Shown here in pieces: positions 45,711 through 60,511 of a DNA stretch of 64,000 nt (within the stretch, counting starts at the first letter, position 1; each line of letters starts with the position of its first letter). The DNA is from Trueperaceae bacterium (GTDB lineage: Bacteria; Deinococcota; Deinococci; Deinococcales; Trueperaceae). The DNA is taken from contig JAXHLW010000013.1 in assembly GCA_034521815.1 (NCBI GenBank), forward strand, positions 1,408,001-1,472,000. Direction: 5' to 3'. The position numbers were made by a program, and so were the translations under genes. Under the pieces are notes generated by a model. The model had not been told where the DNA came from and made no database searches. It worked only from the letters and a program-made list of their open reading frames with translations.

Positions 45711-45988
45711 CTATCGGGCGAAGGCCCAGAACTGGGTCAATTTACCGACCGAGACGCTGCTGGCCGATCGGACCGAGGAGCACGCTCAGGGCCGCGTCAA
45801 AGGAGCACACTTCGCGTGGAGTCGCCTCTGGTGGACATTCACCTTACCGCTGGCGAGCTGCCTGATCGGCGGCCTGATCGGCTAGCCGGCGTGCTGGATC
45901 GTCGTGATCCTGTCCACTGGCTCGCAGCGTATCGCTGCGACCGGCGGCCCCTGGCCAGGCGCCGGCGCCGAGTCGCTGACGGACCCGT

Positions 45989-46407
45989 TCATGCTTTCTC
46001 GAGCCGCTTCCAGGTCACCTGCAGATCGACCGCCTCCTGGAGCGTCGAGACCACGGTGCTAGCCCGACGGGCGATGTCGACGATGCGGTCGAGCTTGTCG
46101 TCCTGCGCCGGGGAGGCGATGCCGATGTCGATCTGTGCCGAGACCAGTCGGGGTGGCTTCGACTGGCGGGTGCCGGCCACGGAGACCACGACGTCGTTCA
46201 GAACGACATCGCTGTTTTCGGCGACTAGTCCAAGAGACGACGTCATACAGGCGCCCGCCGCCGTAGAAGCGTCTCCACGGGATTGAAGCCCGCCGAGGGG
46301 TCGCTTGCCTTGCTTCCGACCTCCAGCGAGAACTCTCTGACCTTGGCTGTGGTGCGCGTCCCGTCGGAATGACGGTTCAGGGTTACGGCGTAGCTCTGGG
46401 TACTCAT
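45989..46407 (-). CDS. OsmC/Ohr family protein (frameshift near 46262)
   Basis: AGGAGG RBS; MSTQSYAV..GFNPVETLL joined to AAGACMTSSL; second Cys position appears to be Ser (RASTVVSTL). Confidence 0.75.
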
Positions 46408-46719
46408 CGATGCCTCCTGCTTCTACAAGGTGTATCGCATGCACGATCTGTCGCGCTTGGCCCGGCGGGCTCCGCTCCGAGCGTCGTGTTCTCGGACGCG
46501 AAGTCGGCAGGCGCATACCTCTGAGGGCAGCGTAGACGGTCAGCGGCGGCAGCGCACGAACCGCGGCGCGAGCACCCGAGCCCCTGCTACGGTGCAGCGC
46601 AAGAGCGCGCAATGGTCATGATCGCGGACGAGGGCACGCTGCGGCGTCGGCGACGAAGCAGCGACCCCGCTTTCCGCGCCGACGAGCATGCTCACGCCTG
46701 CGCAGCGAAGGGGATCGAC

Positions 46720-47142
46720 ATGGCGACCGAAGACGACCGGGCAGCAGCGATCGCGATCTTCGAGAGCGGCTGGAACCGTGGCGAGTTCGGAGGACTTGAC
46801 GGACATCTGCGCAGAGCCGTTCGCCTTTCACGTCCACGGCCGCACACGTGTCACGGACCTCGCCGAGCTCGAGCGATCGTCGCCGGCTGGCGGCGGGGCT
46901 TCCCCGATCTGCACTTCGACCTTCGCGACGTCGTCGCCGAGGGTGGACGCGTGGCGATCCGTGCGACGCTCACGGGCACGCACCGAGGCGAGTGGAACGG
47001 CAGACCGCCGACGGCGAACGCGATCGCCGTGGACCATTTCTTCCTGCTGCGGTTCGATCAGGGCCTGCTGGTCGAGGTCTTCGAGGTGCTCGACAGCGCG
47101 GCCCTCGAGCGGCAGCTCGAACCGGGCCCGTCAGGGGGCTAG
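46720..47142 (+). CDS. SnoaL-like ester cyclase (NTF2 fold)
   Basis: RRGFPDLHF, AEGGRVA, GTHRGEW.GRPPT; probable compensating indels at ~46795-46870. Confidence 0.8.
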   Translation: MATEDDRAAAIAIFESGWNRGEFGGLDGHLRRAVRLSRPRPHTCHGPRRARAIVAGWRRGFPDLHFDLRDVVAEGGRVAIRATLTGTHRGEWNGRPPTANAIAVDHFFLLRFDQGLLVEVFEVLDSAALERQLEPGPSGG

Positions 47143-48482
47143 ATCACCCCGACCGACCGCCCCAGCACCACCAGGATCAGCGCCGGCGTCACCCAGCGCA
47201 GCATGAACAGCCAGGCCCGGCCCAGCCAGGCGCGTTCGAAGCCCACCTCCTCGAGCGCGACCGCCCGTCCCCACGACCAGCCGACGAACAGCGCGAAGAT
47301 CAGGCCGCCCAGGGGCAGGACCACCTGCGACGCGGCCAGGTCCAGGCCGTCCAGGATCGAGCCGCCGAACAGTCGCACCCCCGCCAGCGGTCCGTAGCCC
47401 AGCGACGGCAGCGTCGACAGCGCGAAGATCGCGGCGCCCAGCAGAAGGGCCGCCTTGCGCCGGCCCCAGCGAAGGCGCCGCATCGCGTAGGCGACGACCA
47501 CCTCGAGCAGCGACACGGCCGAGGAGAGCGCCGCCGCGGCGAGAAGCACGAAGAACGCCAGCCCGACCAGCGAGCCGGCCGGCATCACCTCGAAGATCCC
47601 CGGCAACACCACGAACACCAGCGTCGGGCCGGTGGCCGGGTCGATCGCGAAGCTGAACACGGCTGGGAAGATCACGAGGCCCGCCACCAGCGCGACCGCG
47701 AAATCCAAGGCGACGATGCGTGTCGCCAGTCCCGGAAGCCCGGCCGAGGCCGACAGGTACGAGCCGTACGTCAGCAGCGCGCCCATCCCCAGACTCAGCG
47801 AGAAGAACGCCTGGCCGACGGCGGCCAGATACGCCTCTCCCTGGCCGAACGCCGACCAGTCGGGCGTCAACAGGAACCGGAGGCCCTCGCCCGCGCCTGG
47901 CAGCGTCAGCCCGTAGACCGCCATGGCGACCAACAGGAGCGCCAGGAGCGGCATGAGCACGCGGTTGGCGCGCTCGATCCCCTGTCGGACACCCGAGACG
48001 ACGATCCCGGTCGTGATCGCGAGGAAGCCGAACGCCCAGGCCAGCGGGGCGTACGTGCTCGCGATGAAGCTCTCGAACAGGGTGCCGAACTCGGCGGGCG
48101 GCACCGCCGTCATCTCACCGCTCAGGTACCCGACCATGTAGCGCCCCACCCAGCCGCCGATCACGGCGTAGTAGGAGAGGATCACCACCCCCGCCCCGAC
48201 CGAGAGGTAGCCGGCGACGACCCACGGGCGTCCGGGGGCCAGGACCTGGAACGCGCCCACCGCGTCGGATTGCGCGCGGCGGCCGATCGCCAGCTCGGCC
48301 AGCATCACCGGCAGTCCCATCACGATCAGGATGGCGATGTAGAGGATCAGGAACGCGGCGCCGCCGTGCTCGCCCACCACGTACGGGAAGCGCCAGACGT
48401 TGCCGAGACCGACGGCGGAGCCCACGGCGGCCAGGGTGAAGCCGAGCCGCGAGCTCCATTGCTCTCGAGGAGGCATGCTCAT
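47139..48482 (-). CDS. Sodium-dependent transporter (NSS/SNF family)
   Basis: REQWSSR, GSAVGLGNVWRFPY, GQAFFSLSLG. Confidence 0.93.
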   Translation of the reverse strand: MSMPPREQWSSRLGFTLAAVGSAVGLGNVWRFPYVVGEHGGAAFLILYIAILIVMGLPVMLAELAIGRRAQSDAVGAFQVLAPGRPWVVAGYLSVGAGVVILSYYAVIGGWVGRYMVGYLSGEMTAVPPAEFGTLFESFIASTYAPLAWAFGFLAITTGIVVSGVRQGIERANRVLMPLLALLLVAMAVYGLTLPGAGEGLRFLLTPDWSAFGQGEAYLAAVGQAFFSLSLGMGALLTYGSYLSASAGLPGLATRIVALDFAVALVAGLVIFPAVFSFAIDPATGPTLVFVVLPGIFEVMPAGSLVGLAFFVLLAAAALSSAVSLLEVVVAYAMRRLRWGRRKAALLLGAAIFALSTLPSLGYGPLAGVRLFGGSILDGLDLAASQVVLPLGGLIFALFVGWSWGRAVALEEVGFERAWLGRAWLFMLRWVTPALILVVLGRSVGVI

Positions 48483-48642
48483 GAGGCGATCGTGGCACGC
48501 CGCCAGGCGCGGCGCGCGGGTCGGGCGTCCCGCAAGGTCGCTCGGCTATGTTGGGCTCAGCGTCCGCAGGCGGGACCGCGCTCACATCGGTCTCTGCCCG
48601 CAGCGGGATCGAAAGCGTTCGAGCTATGGAAAAATCGTCACC

Positions 48643-49946
48643 ATGCCACGAACCGTGCGTCGTCGTTCCGCCAAGCCCGTCGTCCTCCTCGTCCTCCTTC
48701 TGGTCGCGCTATCCCCTGCCGCTCGGGCGCAATCGGACGTCCTCGTCGCCGCCGAGCGCTTGCTGTACGAAGGCCAGGCGGGTGCAGCGGCCGACACTCT
48801 GGCGGACGGCCTGGCAGCCGATCCTGCCGACGCCTCGGTGCGACTGGCTCTGGGCACCGTGCAGGCCATGACCGCACTGGAGGCCCTGGCACAGGACGCG
48901 TTCCGTCACGGCCTGGGCGGCGGCGGGATCGAGGAGGCGGGGCAGATGCTGGGCGTTCCGGTCACCGCGGAATCCCCGACCCGAGCCGGTCGGGTACGAC
49001 GACGCGCGTGCGGCGTCTGGAGCGGTTCCACGCGCGCCTGGTGGCGGCCGACGAGACCCTCGCTCCCCTGACCGAGCTGATCGGCACGGAGGCGGGACGC
49101 ACGCTGGAATGGACCGTCGAGCTGGGTCGCGTGCGACTGGACTTCGACGGGGACGGCGTGGCGGGCGAGCCTCTCTCGCTCCTGCTGGCTCAGGCTCGCT
49201 CCGTGCGCCCCACGGAGCTCGAGGGTGCCGCGGAAGCGATCCCGATCGACGCCGATCTGGGCGACGCGCTCTGGCTACGCGGCTACCTGAACCTGGTCAC
49301 CGCGACGCTGGACGCTTTCCTGGCGTACGACGCGCGAGAGGCGTGGGACGCGACGGCGCAGCTGTTCTTTCCGCGCCCGATCACCTCGATCCCGTACCTT
49401 GCCGAACCCAGCGAGCCGCGGCTGGGCGGATTCGATGCGGCGCTGCTGGCCGACGTGATCGCGCTGATCCATCTGATCGACTTCCCCGTGCTGGACGCCG
49501 ATCGAGCAGCCGCTGCGCTGACGCGCCTCAGGACGACCGTCGCGATGAGCCAGGCTTCGTGGCGCGCGATCCTGGCCGAGACGGACGACGGGCGCGAATG
49601 GCTGCCCAATCCGAGCCAGTCGGGCGTGGTGCCCGGCGGGCCCGGCGGGGCTGCGCTGGCCGTGGAGGAAGAGATGGTGACCAGCTGGCTCGAGCTGATG
49701 GACGAGCTCGACGCGATCCTGGCCGGCGAGCGGCTGGTCCCCTACTGGCGAGTGACCGATGGACGCGGGGTGAACGTGCGCCGCGTCTTCACCGAGCCAC
49801 GCCCGCTCGACCTGATCCTTTGGATCCAGGGCGCGGCCGTGCAGCCGTACCTCGAGGAGGGCACGCTCACGAGCGGCGAAGACTGGGCTCGCATTCGGCG
49901 CGCGTTCGGCGGGCGCTTCGCGTCGTTCGCGTTCTGGTTCAACTAG
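48643..49946 (+). CDS. Hypothetical secreted alpha-helical protein (frameshift near 49000)
   Basis: Signal peptide ARAQ; DLGDALWLRGY, ETDDGREWLPNP, C-terminal FAFWFN. Confidence 0.7.
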
Positions 49947-50082
49947 GTTTCCGTCTCGGCGACCGCCGCAGCTAGGCGAGCGTTCCGATCGGTCGAGCGA
50001 TGCGGCGCCGACGAGACTCCTGCGGAGGCCACATATCGCGATCGGGCTCCACTGCTACGGTGAAGAATCTCGAAAGGATGTG

Positions 50083-50256
50083 ATGCAGGTGTTGAAGGCG
50101 TACGACTACGTGCTGTTCGCCGCCGCGTTTCTGTCGTTCCTGTTCTCCGTCTACCTCTGGTTCTCGGGCCAGAAGGACGCAGGCGTGTACGTCGGCCTGT
50201 GGGTGCCCTCGATCATCGCGTTCGGCGGGTACATCAAGATCGCGATGCTGAGATGA
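50083..50256 (+). CDS. 57-aa two-TM microprotein
   Basis: AAAGGA RBS; MQVLKAYDYVLFAAAFLSFLFSVYLWFSGQKDAGVYVGLWVPSIIAFGGYIKIAMLR; strong GC3 bias. Confidence 0.75.
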   Translation: MQVLKAYDYVLFAAAFLSFLFSVYLWFSGQKDAGVYVGLWVPSIIAFGGYIKIAMLR

Positions 50257-50260
50257 GCGG

Positions 50261-50368
50261 ATGAACGACGCCGCCATCTTCGTGATCGGCCTGATCGTCT
50301 CCGGCCTCGTCGCCGTTTACATCGTCATGGCGTTCATCGCCATGCGGCAGGACCCGCACCAGGACTAG
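50261..50368 (+). CDS. 35-aa single-TM microprotein
   Basis: MNDAAIFVIGLIVSGLVAVYIVMAFIAMRQDPHQD; starts 4 nt after the previous stop; GC3 bias. Confidence 0.65.
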   Translation: MNDAAIFVIGLIVSGLVAVYIVMAFIAMRQDPHQD

Positions 50369-50441
50369 CGAGACTCGCGCTGCGCGTCGATCGCGTTCCG
50401 AAGTTGACCGCTCCTAGGTCGTGCACGCCGTACCGTGCTTC

Positions 50442-50779
50442 ATGATTCGAATCGAGCTCCTGTTCTTCGACGGCTGTCCCTCTTGGCAGCAGGCCTGGAT
50501 CGAGCTGGGCCAAGTGCTGGCCGAGACTGGGCTGGACGCCTCGGTCGAGCTGCGGAACGTCAGAGCGATGGACGAGCGCCACAAGGTCGGGTTCGCCGGC
50601 TCCCCCACGATCCGCATCGACGGAATCGATCTGGCGGGGTACGACGGTCCGGCCGTGATGGCGTGCCGGCGGTACGAGGACAACGCCGGGCGCGGCTGGC
50701 CCAGCATCGAGCTCGTGCGGACGCGCCTGCTCGAGGCGAGCTCGAAGGCCGTCCCGGGGCGGAGCGGCCTGGTGCTTGA
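50442..50779 (+). CDS. Thioredoxin-like DUF2703-type protein (end approximate)
   Basis: IELLFFDGCPSW, FAGSPTIRIDG, CRRY. Confidence 0.7.
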
Positions 50780-50786
50780 CGTCGGC

Positions 50787-51263
50787 TCAGGAACGCGCCC
50801 GGACGTAACGCCGGAACAGGTAGCGCGGATGCGGCCGTTCCTCCGCCAACGTCCAGACGTCGGCATCCCAAACAGGAAAGTACGCGTCGCCCTCGAACCG
50901 CCCAGGAACGAACGAGAGGTGCATCTCGTCCGCGACCGGTAGCGCCTGGCGGTACACGCTGGCGCCGCCGGCGATCCAGGGATCCCGCCCCAGCTCCCGG
51001 GCGATGTCGACAGCGCCTTCGACGCTGTCCGCCTTGTGCGTCCCGGCCGGGGCGCGGTCACGGCGGGTGAGCACGATCGCCTCGACCTCCTCGAGGTCGG
51101 GGCCGAAGATCTCGTAGCTCGTCCGACCCAAGATCACCGCGCCACCACGGACGCTGTCCACGAAGTGGCGGTACTCCTCGGGCACGTCCCACGGCATCCC
51201 GTCGTCCGCGCCGATCACGCGGTCGACGGTCATCGCCGAGATGATGCGGACCGGGGCGGTCAC
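50787..51263 (-). CDS. folA: Dihydrofolate reductase
   Basis: VIG..GMPW, ILGRTSY, IAGGASVY, EGDAYFP. Confidence 0.88.
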   Translation of the reverse strand: MTAPVRIISAMTVDRVIGADDGMPWDVPEEYRHFVDSVRGGAVILGRTSYEIFGPDLEEVEAIVLTRRDRAPAGTHKADSVEGAVDIARELGRDPWIAGGASVYRQALPVADEMHLSFVPGRFEGDAYFPVWDADVWTLAEERPHPRYLFRRYVRARS

Positions 51264-52160
51264 GAGTCGGCCTCGGTGCCCGCCTCGGGGTTCGCCTCGA
51301 GTCCTGCCGAGAGCATGCGGCGCGAGCCCCGAACCGCGGCATCGACGAACGCGCGGGCGCGCGCCGCGCGACGTGCAGGCGTGTCGGCCGCCAAGGTACG
51401 GACCGGCAGCACGGCGCCGACCCAGCCGTCGGTCGTCCACGCGCCGTCGGGCAGCGGCGGCAGCCGGGGCGCCGCCGGGTACGGCCAGGGCGTAACGTAC
51501 AGGTACGGCTCGCGCACGCCCTCGTCGCCGGGCGTCATGCCGATCCCGACGGTGCGCCGCCGCTCGGGATCGACACGCGTGTCCGCGTCGAGATCGTCGA
51601 GCACCGCGAGATCGAAATGGTGCGGCCACAGCCGCGCCGGCGAGGGGCTCGTCAGGTCGGGACGCAGCTCGTCCAGCAGCGACGCAGCGTCGGCGAACAG
51701 CTCGCGGAGGGCCAGCAGTGCCGGCCCGTCCGGCTCGAACGGCGCACCGCCGGCGACCGGGTGCGCCGGCAGCTCGGCGTTCAGCCGCACGAACTCGCCG
51801 GGGCCGGCGACGTCGTGCAGCATCGCCGCGAAACGGACGTACGCGTCCTCCAGCGCGACACCGGCCAGCGGGAGTCGCCCCACGACCTCGCCGTCGGCCG
51901 CCGCGCAGCTCGACCTCCAGCGTGTCCGGACGCAGCGCGGCGCGCCACGGCACGTCCGGGTCGCCGAGGCTGACGAACGCGCCGCCGTCCATGACGAACG
52001 CCGTGTGGCTCTGATCCTCGCGCGCCGCGTAGCGACTCACGTGCAGCGCGGCGGGAACCTGCAGCGCGTAGTGCGCCTGCACGCGCGCGTTCCAGATCCG
52101 GTCCGGGGAAAGGTCGCTCAGCGAGCCCCAGTCGGAGCGCGGTGGGGTCGGATCGTCCAT
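51260..52160 (-). CDS. Hypothetical protein, DUF5996-like (frameshift near 51900)
   Basis: DQSHT, RLWPHHFDLA, GMTPGD..EPYLYVTPWP. Confidence 0.65.
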
Positions 52161-52203
52161 GGTTGAAGTCTCCTCTCGATTCTCGATGCGGCCGAAGCCT
52201 ACG

Positions 52204-54215
52204 TCACAGCAGCGCGGGATCGGTGCGGATCTCGACCAGCGCCGGCCCCGGATGCGCCACGGCGGTGGCGAGGGCCGTATCGAGCTCGTCCGAGCGCTCG
52301 ACCCGCACGCCGTGCGCACCGCACGAGCGTGCGAACGCGGCGAAGTCGGGGTTCACCAGGCCGGTCTGCCAGACGTCCCAGCCGCCCGACGCGCTGCTCC
52401 TTGCTGATCTTGCCCAGCTCGTCGTTCACCAGCACGACGTGGGTGACGTTCATGTCGTGCCGCACCAGGGTGGTGATCTCGGCCAGGTACTGCCCAGTCC
52501 GCCGTCGCCGGAGACGGACACGACCTTCCTGCCCTGCCAGCGGCCGGGCTCCTGGGTGGCGGCCCAGGCGCCCATCGCGGCGGGCAGCGCGAAGCCGATC
52601 GAGCCCAGGTAGCCCGACATCAGCACCGTCTGACCGGACGTCTCGAAGTAGCGGCCGAAAGCGTAGGTGTTGTTGCCCACGTCCACCGGCATCACGGCGT
52701 CCGCCGGCACCTGCCGCTGGAGCGCCGCGAACACCGCCGCGCTACCGACGCCGCGTCCGCGGTCGTCCTCGCGCCGATGCGCCTTCTCCTCGCGCCACAG
52801 CGCCCAACGCTCCGCCAGATCGCGTCGCTGACGATCGGACGGCTCGGTCCCGCCCAAGCGCTCCAGCAGCTCGCTGGCGACCGGACCGACGTCGCCCCAG
52901 ACGGGCACGTCCACGGCGTGGAACTTACCGAGCGCCATCCGGTCGCGGTCCACCTGGATCGTGGGCGTCTTGGCGCTGATCCCGGTGTGGTTCGAGAACG
53001 ACGCGCCGAACACCAGCAGCAGGTCCGCCTCGTTCATCAGCCACGACGCGACCGGCGTGCCGGACCGTCCGAGCACCCCGCCCGCCAGCGGGTGCCGGTC
53101 GGGGATCTGACCCTTCGCCTTGAAGGTGGTCAGGACGGGCGCGCCCAGCCGCTCGGCCAGCTCGGTGACGGCCGGCATGTCGAAGCGCGCGCCGTGCCCG
53201 ACGATGATCACCGGGCGCTGGGCAGCGGTCGAGCCGATCCACGGCGTCCGCCAGCACGCCGGGGTCCGGCCGGATGCCGGCCGCCGCCACGCGGCCCCCT
53301 GGGTCCGACGGCGGCGCGTCGGACGGCTGCCCGGCGACCTCGTCAGGGAAGATCAGGTGCGCCACGCCCCGCTGGACCACCGCGCTCTTCCAGGCGCGCC
53401 CCATCAGCTCCACGTGCTGCGAGCCCGGCAGCACGCTGGCGCTCCAGGCGGCGACGCCGCCGTAGGCGGCGGCGAGGTCGACCTCCTGAAAGTCGCCGGT
53501 GCCCAGCACCTGCGTCGCGACCTGGCCGGTCAGCGCCAGCACCGGAGCTGCGGTCCACGTGCGCGTCCCACAGCCCCGTCAACAGGTTCGTCGCGCCCGG
53601 CCCGGCGATCGCGAGGCAGGCCGCCGGCACGCCGGTCAGCTTGCCGTACGCCGAGGCGGCGAACGAGGCGGCGCCCTCGTGGCGGATCGCGACGTAGCGG
53701 AGCGGGCCGTGCTCGGACCGGCGACGCACGGCGTCCGCGACGTGCAGGTTCGAGTGGCCGACCATCCCGAACACCCAGCGCACGCCCCAGCGCTCCATCG
53801 TCTCGATCATCGCGTCCGACACGGTCCGCGCCGCCGGGGCCTCCTCCGGCAGGCCGACGTACACCCCGTCGGCGCGCTCCTCGACCGGGAACGTCGGTAC
53901 GGCGTCGTCGAACCCGCCGGGCGGACGCCCGGTGATGGGGTGGTAGTCGAAGCCGTGCCAGGGGCAGCGCAGCCAGCCGTTCTCGATCGAGCCCTCGCCC
54001 AGCGGCCCGCCCTGGTGCGGACAGCGCGCGTCCAGCGCGCCGTAACGTCCTTCGAAGCGCGTCATGCACAGGTTCCTGTGCCCGCAGACGACCGGAGAGA
54101 CGCGTCCCTCGGACAGCTCTTCCGGCTCCAGCACCTTGTGCCACTCGCTGGGCCGTTCGCCGGTCGCGTCGCTGGTCGGCTCGCCGCTGGCGTCGTTCCA
54201 CTCGTTCGGTTCCAT
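52204..54215 (-). CDS. Rieske [2Fe-2S] domain fused to a TPP-dependent pyruvate oxidase/acetolactate synthase-like enzyme (several indels)
   Basis: CPHQG..CPWHG; RHEGAA, GPGATN, GSIGF, GDGG..N. Confidence 0.82.
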
Positions 54216-54296
54216 GCTGCGGAGCATCGCAGCCGGATCGTGGCCCGGTCGGTCCCGAGCTTGACGAGACGTTCCCGCCGGCGGCCGTGTCCCGCG

Positions 54297-54911
54297 CTAC
54301 CCCTGCGCGTCCATCTCTCCAGCCGTTACCGCCACCTCTAGCCTGTTCTCGGGCGGGGAGAGGGGGCACACCCAGCGCGGGTGATGGGCGCACGACGGGG
54401 CGTAGGCGTAGTTGAAGTCCAGCACCGGCCCGCCGCCGTAGCTGCCCAGGTCGGCGTGCTTGATCGTGTCCAGCAGGTAGCGCCCGCCACCGTAGCTGCC
54501 GGCGCCGCTGGTCGCGTCGCGGAACGGCACGAACAGCCCGCCGCCGTAGCCGCCGATCCAGAACGCGGTCAGGCGCCGAGGCTCGCCGTCCAGCTCGAAG
54601 CGGAGACGTCCCGCCCGACTCAGCACCAGCCGGCCGTCCTGGCCGGCGTCCACTTCGATCGTGCCGTCCGGCACGTCCAGATCCACCTCCGCGACGACGC
54701 GCCAGCGTGACGCGTACGGCGCGTAGCTCAGGCCGCTGAAGGTGGAGCGCGCCGCGTCGTCCAGCGGGGAGGCGGGATGCTCGCGGAACAGGCGGTCCTT
54801 GCCCTCGCGAAAGCGCCGGCAACGCTCCGCGCCCGGCAGCGCGGGGTCGCGTGCCAGCGCGTACAGGGCGGCGACCTCGCGGCGGTAGTCCAGCAGATCG
54901 AACGCGGTCAT
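54297..54911 (-). CDS. DUF1684 domain protein
   Basis: FRDATSG.GSYGGGRYL, DFNYAYAPSCA, CPLSPPEN. Confidence 0.88.
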   Translation of the reverse strand: MTAFDLLDYRREVAALYALARDPALPGAERCRRFREGKDRLFREHPASPLDDAARSTFSGLSYAPYASRWRVVAEVDLDVPDGTIEVDAGQDGRLVLSRAGRLRFELDGEPRRLTAFWIGGYGGGLFVPFRDATSGAGSYGGGRYLLDTIKHADLGSYGGGPVLDFNYAYAPSCAHHPRWVCPLSPPENRLEVAVTAGEMDAQG

Positions 54912-54921
54912 GGCTGGGACG

Positions 54922-55800
54922 CTACCGCGACGAACCCTTGGAAGGCTCGGTCTCGACGGGCTCCTGCTCCAAGCGGTCGCGCACCAGGTCGCGGTGCTCC
55001 GGTTTCAGCGCGTACCAGAACGGAACGGCGACGAGCAGCGCGCCGCCGATCATGTTGCCCAGGCCCGCAGGCAGGAGGTTCCACGCGAGCGCCTGGCCCC
55101 AGCTGGGACCCAGGCCCAGCGGTGCCGCCAGCCCGAAGTAGCCCATGTTGGCCGGTGCATGCTGGAAGCCGGCGGTGACGAACAGCGTGACGGCCAGGAA
55201 CACGGGAACGTACTTGCCGATGATCGTGCGACCCATCGTCGCGAAGAACGCGGCCATGCCGACGAAGGTGTTCGCCAGCACGCCCGAGGCGACCGCCTGG
55301 AACCAGGCGGCGGTCGTACCGGTCTGGGCGTACGCCATCTTCTTCGCGACCACGGCGGCCAAGGCCTCGTGGACCTCGGGCCGATACGATTGCGCGAAGC
55401 CGACGAGCTGCCCGAACGCCCAAGCGCCCACCAGGTTGCCCACGCCGACCAGCACCCAGAACACCACGACCCGCCGAAGCAGCCGCCGCCGCGCGCCGCG
55501 AAGCAGGACGGCGGGCATCACCACGTTCGCCTCGGTGAACAACGCCGCCTCGGACAGCACCACGAAGAAGAATCCGGTCGAGAAGCCCAGCCCCATCAGC
55601 AGGTCGTGCGGCCCGCCGGCGTCGACGCCGGTGGTGAGCAGCACCGAGAACAGCGCGCCCGCGCCGATGAACGCACCGGCGACCAGCGCCAGCACGAACA
55701 GCTGCAGCAGCGTCAGGTGGCGGAGACGGCGATCGCCGAAGCGGGCCATCTCCTCGAGCACGTGATCGGCGGAGAGGTGCTGAGGGCGAGGGGAGTCCAT
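54922..55800 (-). CDS. Formate/nitrite transporter family protein
   Basis: AGAFI, LFTEAN, GNLVG, FQH..ANM, GNMIGG. Confidence 0.88.
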   Translation of the reverse strand: MDSPRPQHLSADHVLEEMARFGDRRLRHLTLLQLFVLALVAGAFIGAGALFSVLLTTGVDAGGPHDLLMGLGFSTGFFFVVLSEAALFTEANVVMPAVLLRGARRRLLRRVVVFWVLVGVGNLVGAWAFGQLVGFAQSYRPEVHEALAAVVAKKMAYAQTGTTAAWFQAVASGVLANTFVGMAAFFATMGRTIIGKYVPVFLAVTLFVTAGFQHAPANMGYFGLAAPLGLGPSWGQALAWNLLPAGLGNMIGGALLVAVPFWYALKPEHRDLVRDRLEQEPVETEPSKGSSR

Positions 55801-55927
55801 GCCGGCAGCGTCGTCCACGAAGCCCGGGGCCGTCGGTCGGCCTCTTGACGTGGCTGCGGCCCCAGCCGTGCGCACGATGGGGGCGCATCGATGGCCGACC
55901 GACGAGCCTCACGAGCGAGGAGTCCCC

Positions 55928-56485
55928 ATGCCCTACATCCGCGTGATCGAGCCCGAGGACGCCGAAGGCGAGCTGCGCGAGGAGTACGAGCGCCTGCTGG
56001 GCAGTCGCGGCAAGCTGGCCGCGATCCACACCATCCACAGCCTCTCGCCCGCGGCGCTGCGGGCCCACATGGACCTGTACCTCACGTTGATGTTCGGCCG
56101 CTCCAAGCTGCGGCGCGACGTCCGCGAAGCGATCGCCGTCATCGTGTCGCGCGCGAACGGCTGCGCGTACTGCGACGAGCACCATGCTCAGGCCTTGCTG
56201 GCGTACTGGAAGGACGAGGCGCGCCTCGAGGCGCTGCGGCGCGACCCTCGCGAGGCCGGCCTGGACGCGCGCACCGTCGCGATCCTGGATCACGCCGCGC
56301 TGCTCACCCGCGACCCCGCCGCGGCCGGCCCGGACGACGTGGAGAGCCTGCGGGGGCACGGCGTCTCGGACGAGGAGATCCTCGACCTGACGCTGATCAC
56401 GGCGTACTTCAACTTCGTGAATCGCATCGTGATGGGCCTCGGCGTCGAGATCGACGGCGACGAGGCGAAGGGGTACCGCTACTGA
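55928..56485 (+). CDS. AhpD/CMD-family peroxidase-related enzyme
   Basis: GAGGAG RBS; EAIA..VS..NGCAYC..HH; FNFVNR. Confidence 0.88.
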   Translation: MPYIRVIEPEDAEGELREEYERLLGSRGKLAAIHTIHSLSPAALRAHMDLYLTLMFGRSKLRRDVREAIAVIVSRANGCAYCDEHHAQALLAYWKDEARLEALRRDPREAGLDARTVAILDHAALLTRDPAAAGPDDVESLRGHGVSDEEILDLTLITAYFNFVNRIVMGLGVEIDGDEAKGYRY

Positions 56486-56519
56486 GGCTCACGGCCCGCC
56501 ACCTGGAGCCGACGACCGC

Positions 56520-60280
<3,761 letters not shown>

Positions 60281-60511
60281 CCGTCCTCCTCGCCTGGACG
60301 TCGCTACGAGCCGGCCGTCGACCCCGATCGGGAACCTGGACGCGTCGGCGGTATGGTCCAGTCTACGAGCGGGGCCGATCGGACCGTGTTCGCACGGCGT
60401 CCAGCGCGAGCATCGTCCGTGCGTTCGCGCCCTGACGACGAACCTCGGTGCGGGACGCTGCCGCCGACGAATCGCCGATCGCCCCCACCATCGCGACCCC
60501 AAGGAGCGCTC

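Larger units (their letters stand above)
33040..46600. mobile_element. Putative tRNA-anchored genomic island or its remnant; no integrase visible, right boundary uncertain
   Basis: Begins at the tRNA 3' end; tandem TTGACAACA; accessory cargo with more relaxed codon usage; gene fragments at both ends. Confidence 0.45.

Noticed and set aside
50404-50436. MerR-type promoter before the DUF2703-like gene
   Set aside because: The TTGACC to TACCGT spacer is 21 nt and there is no clear dyad
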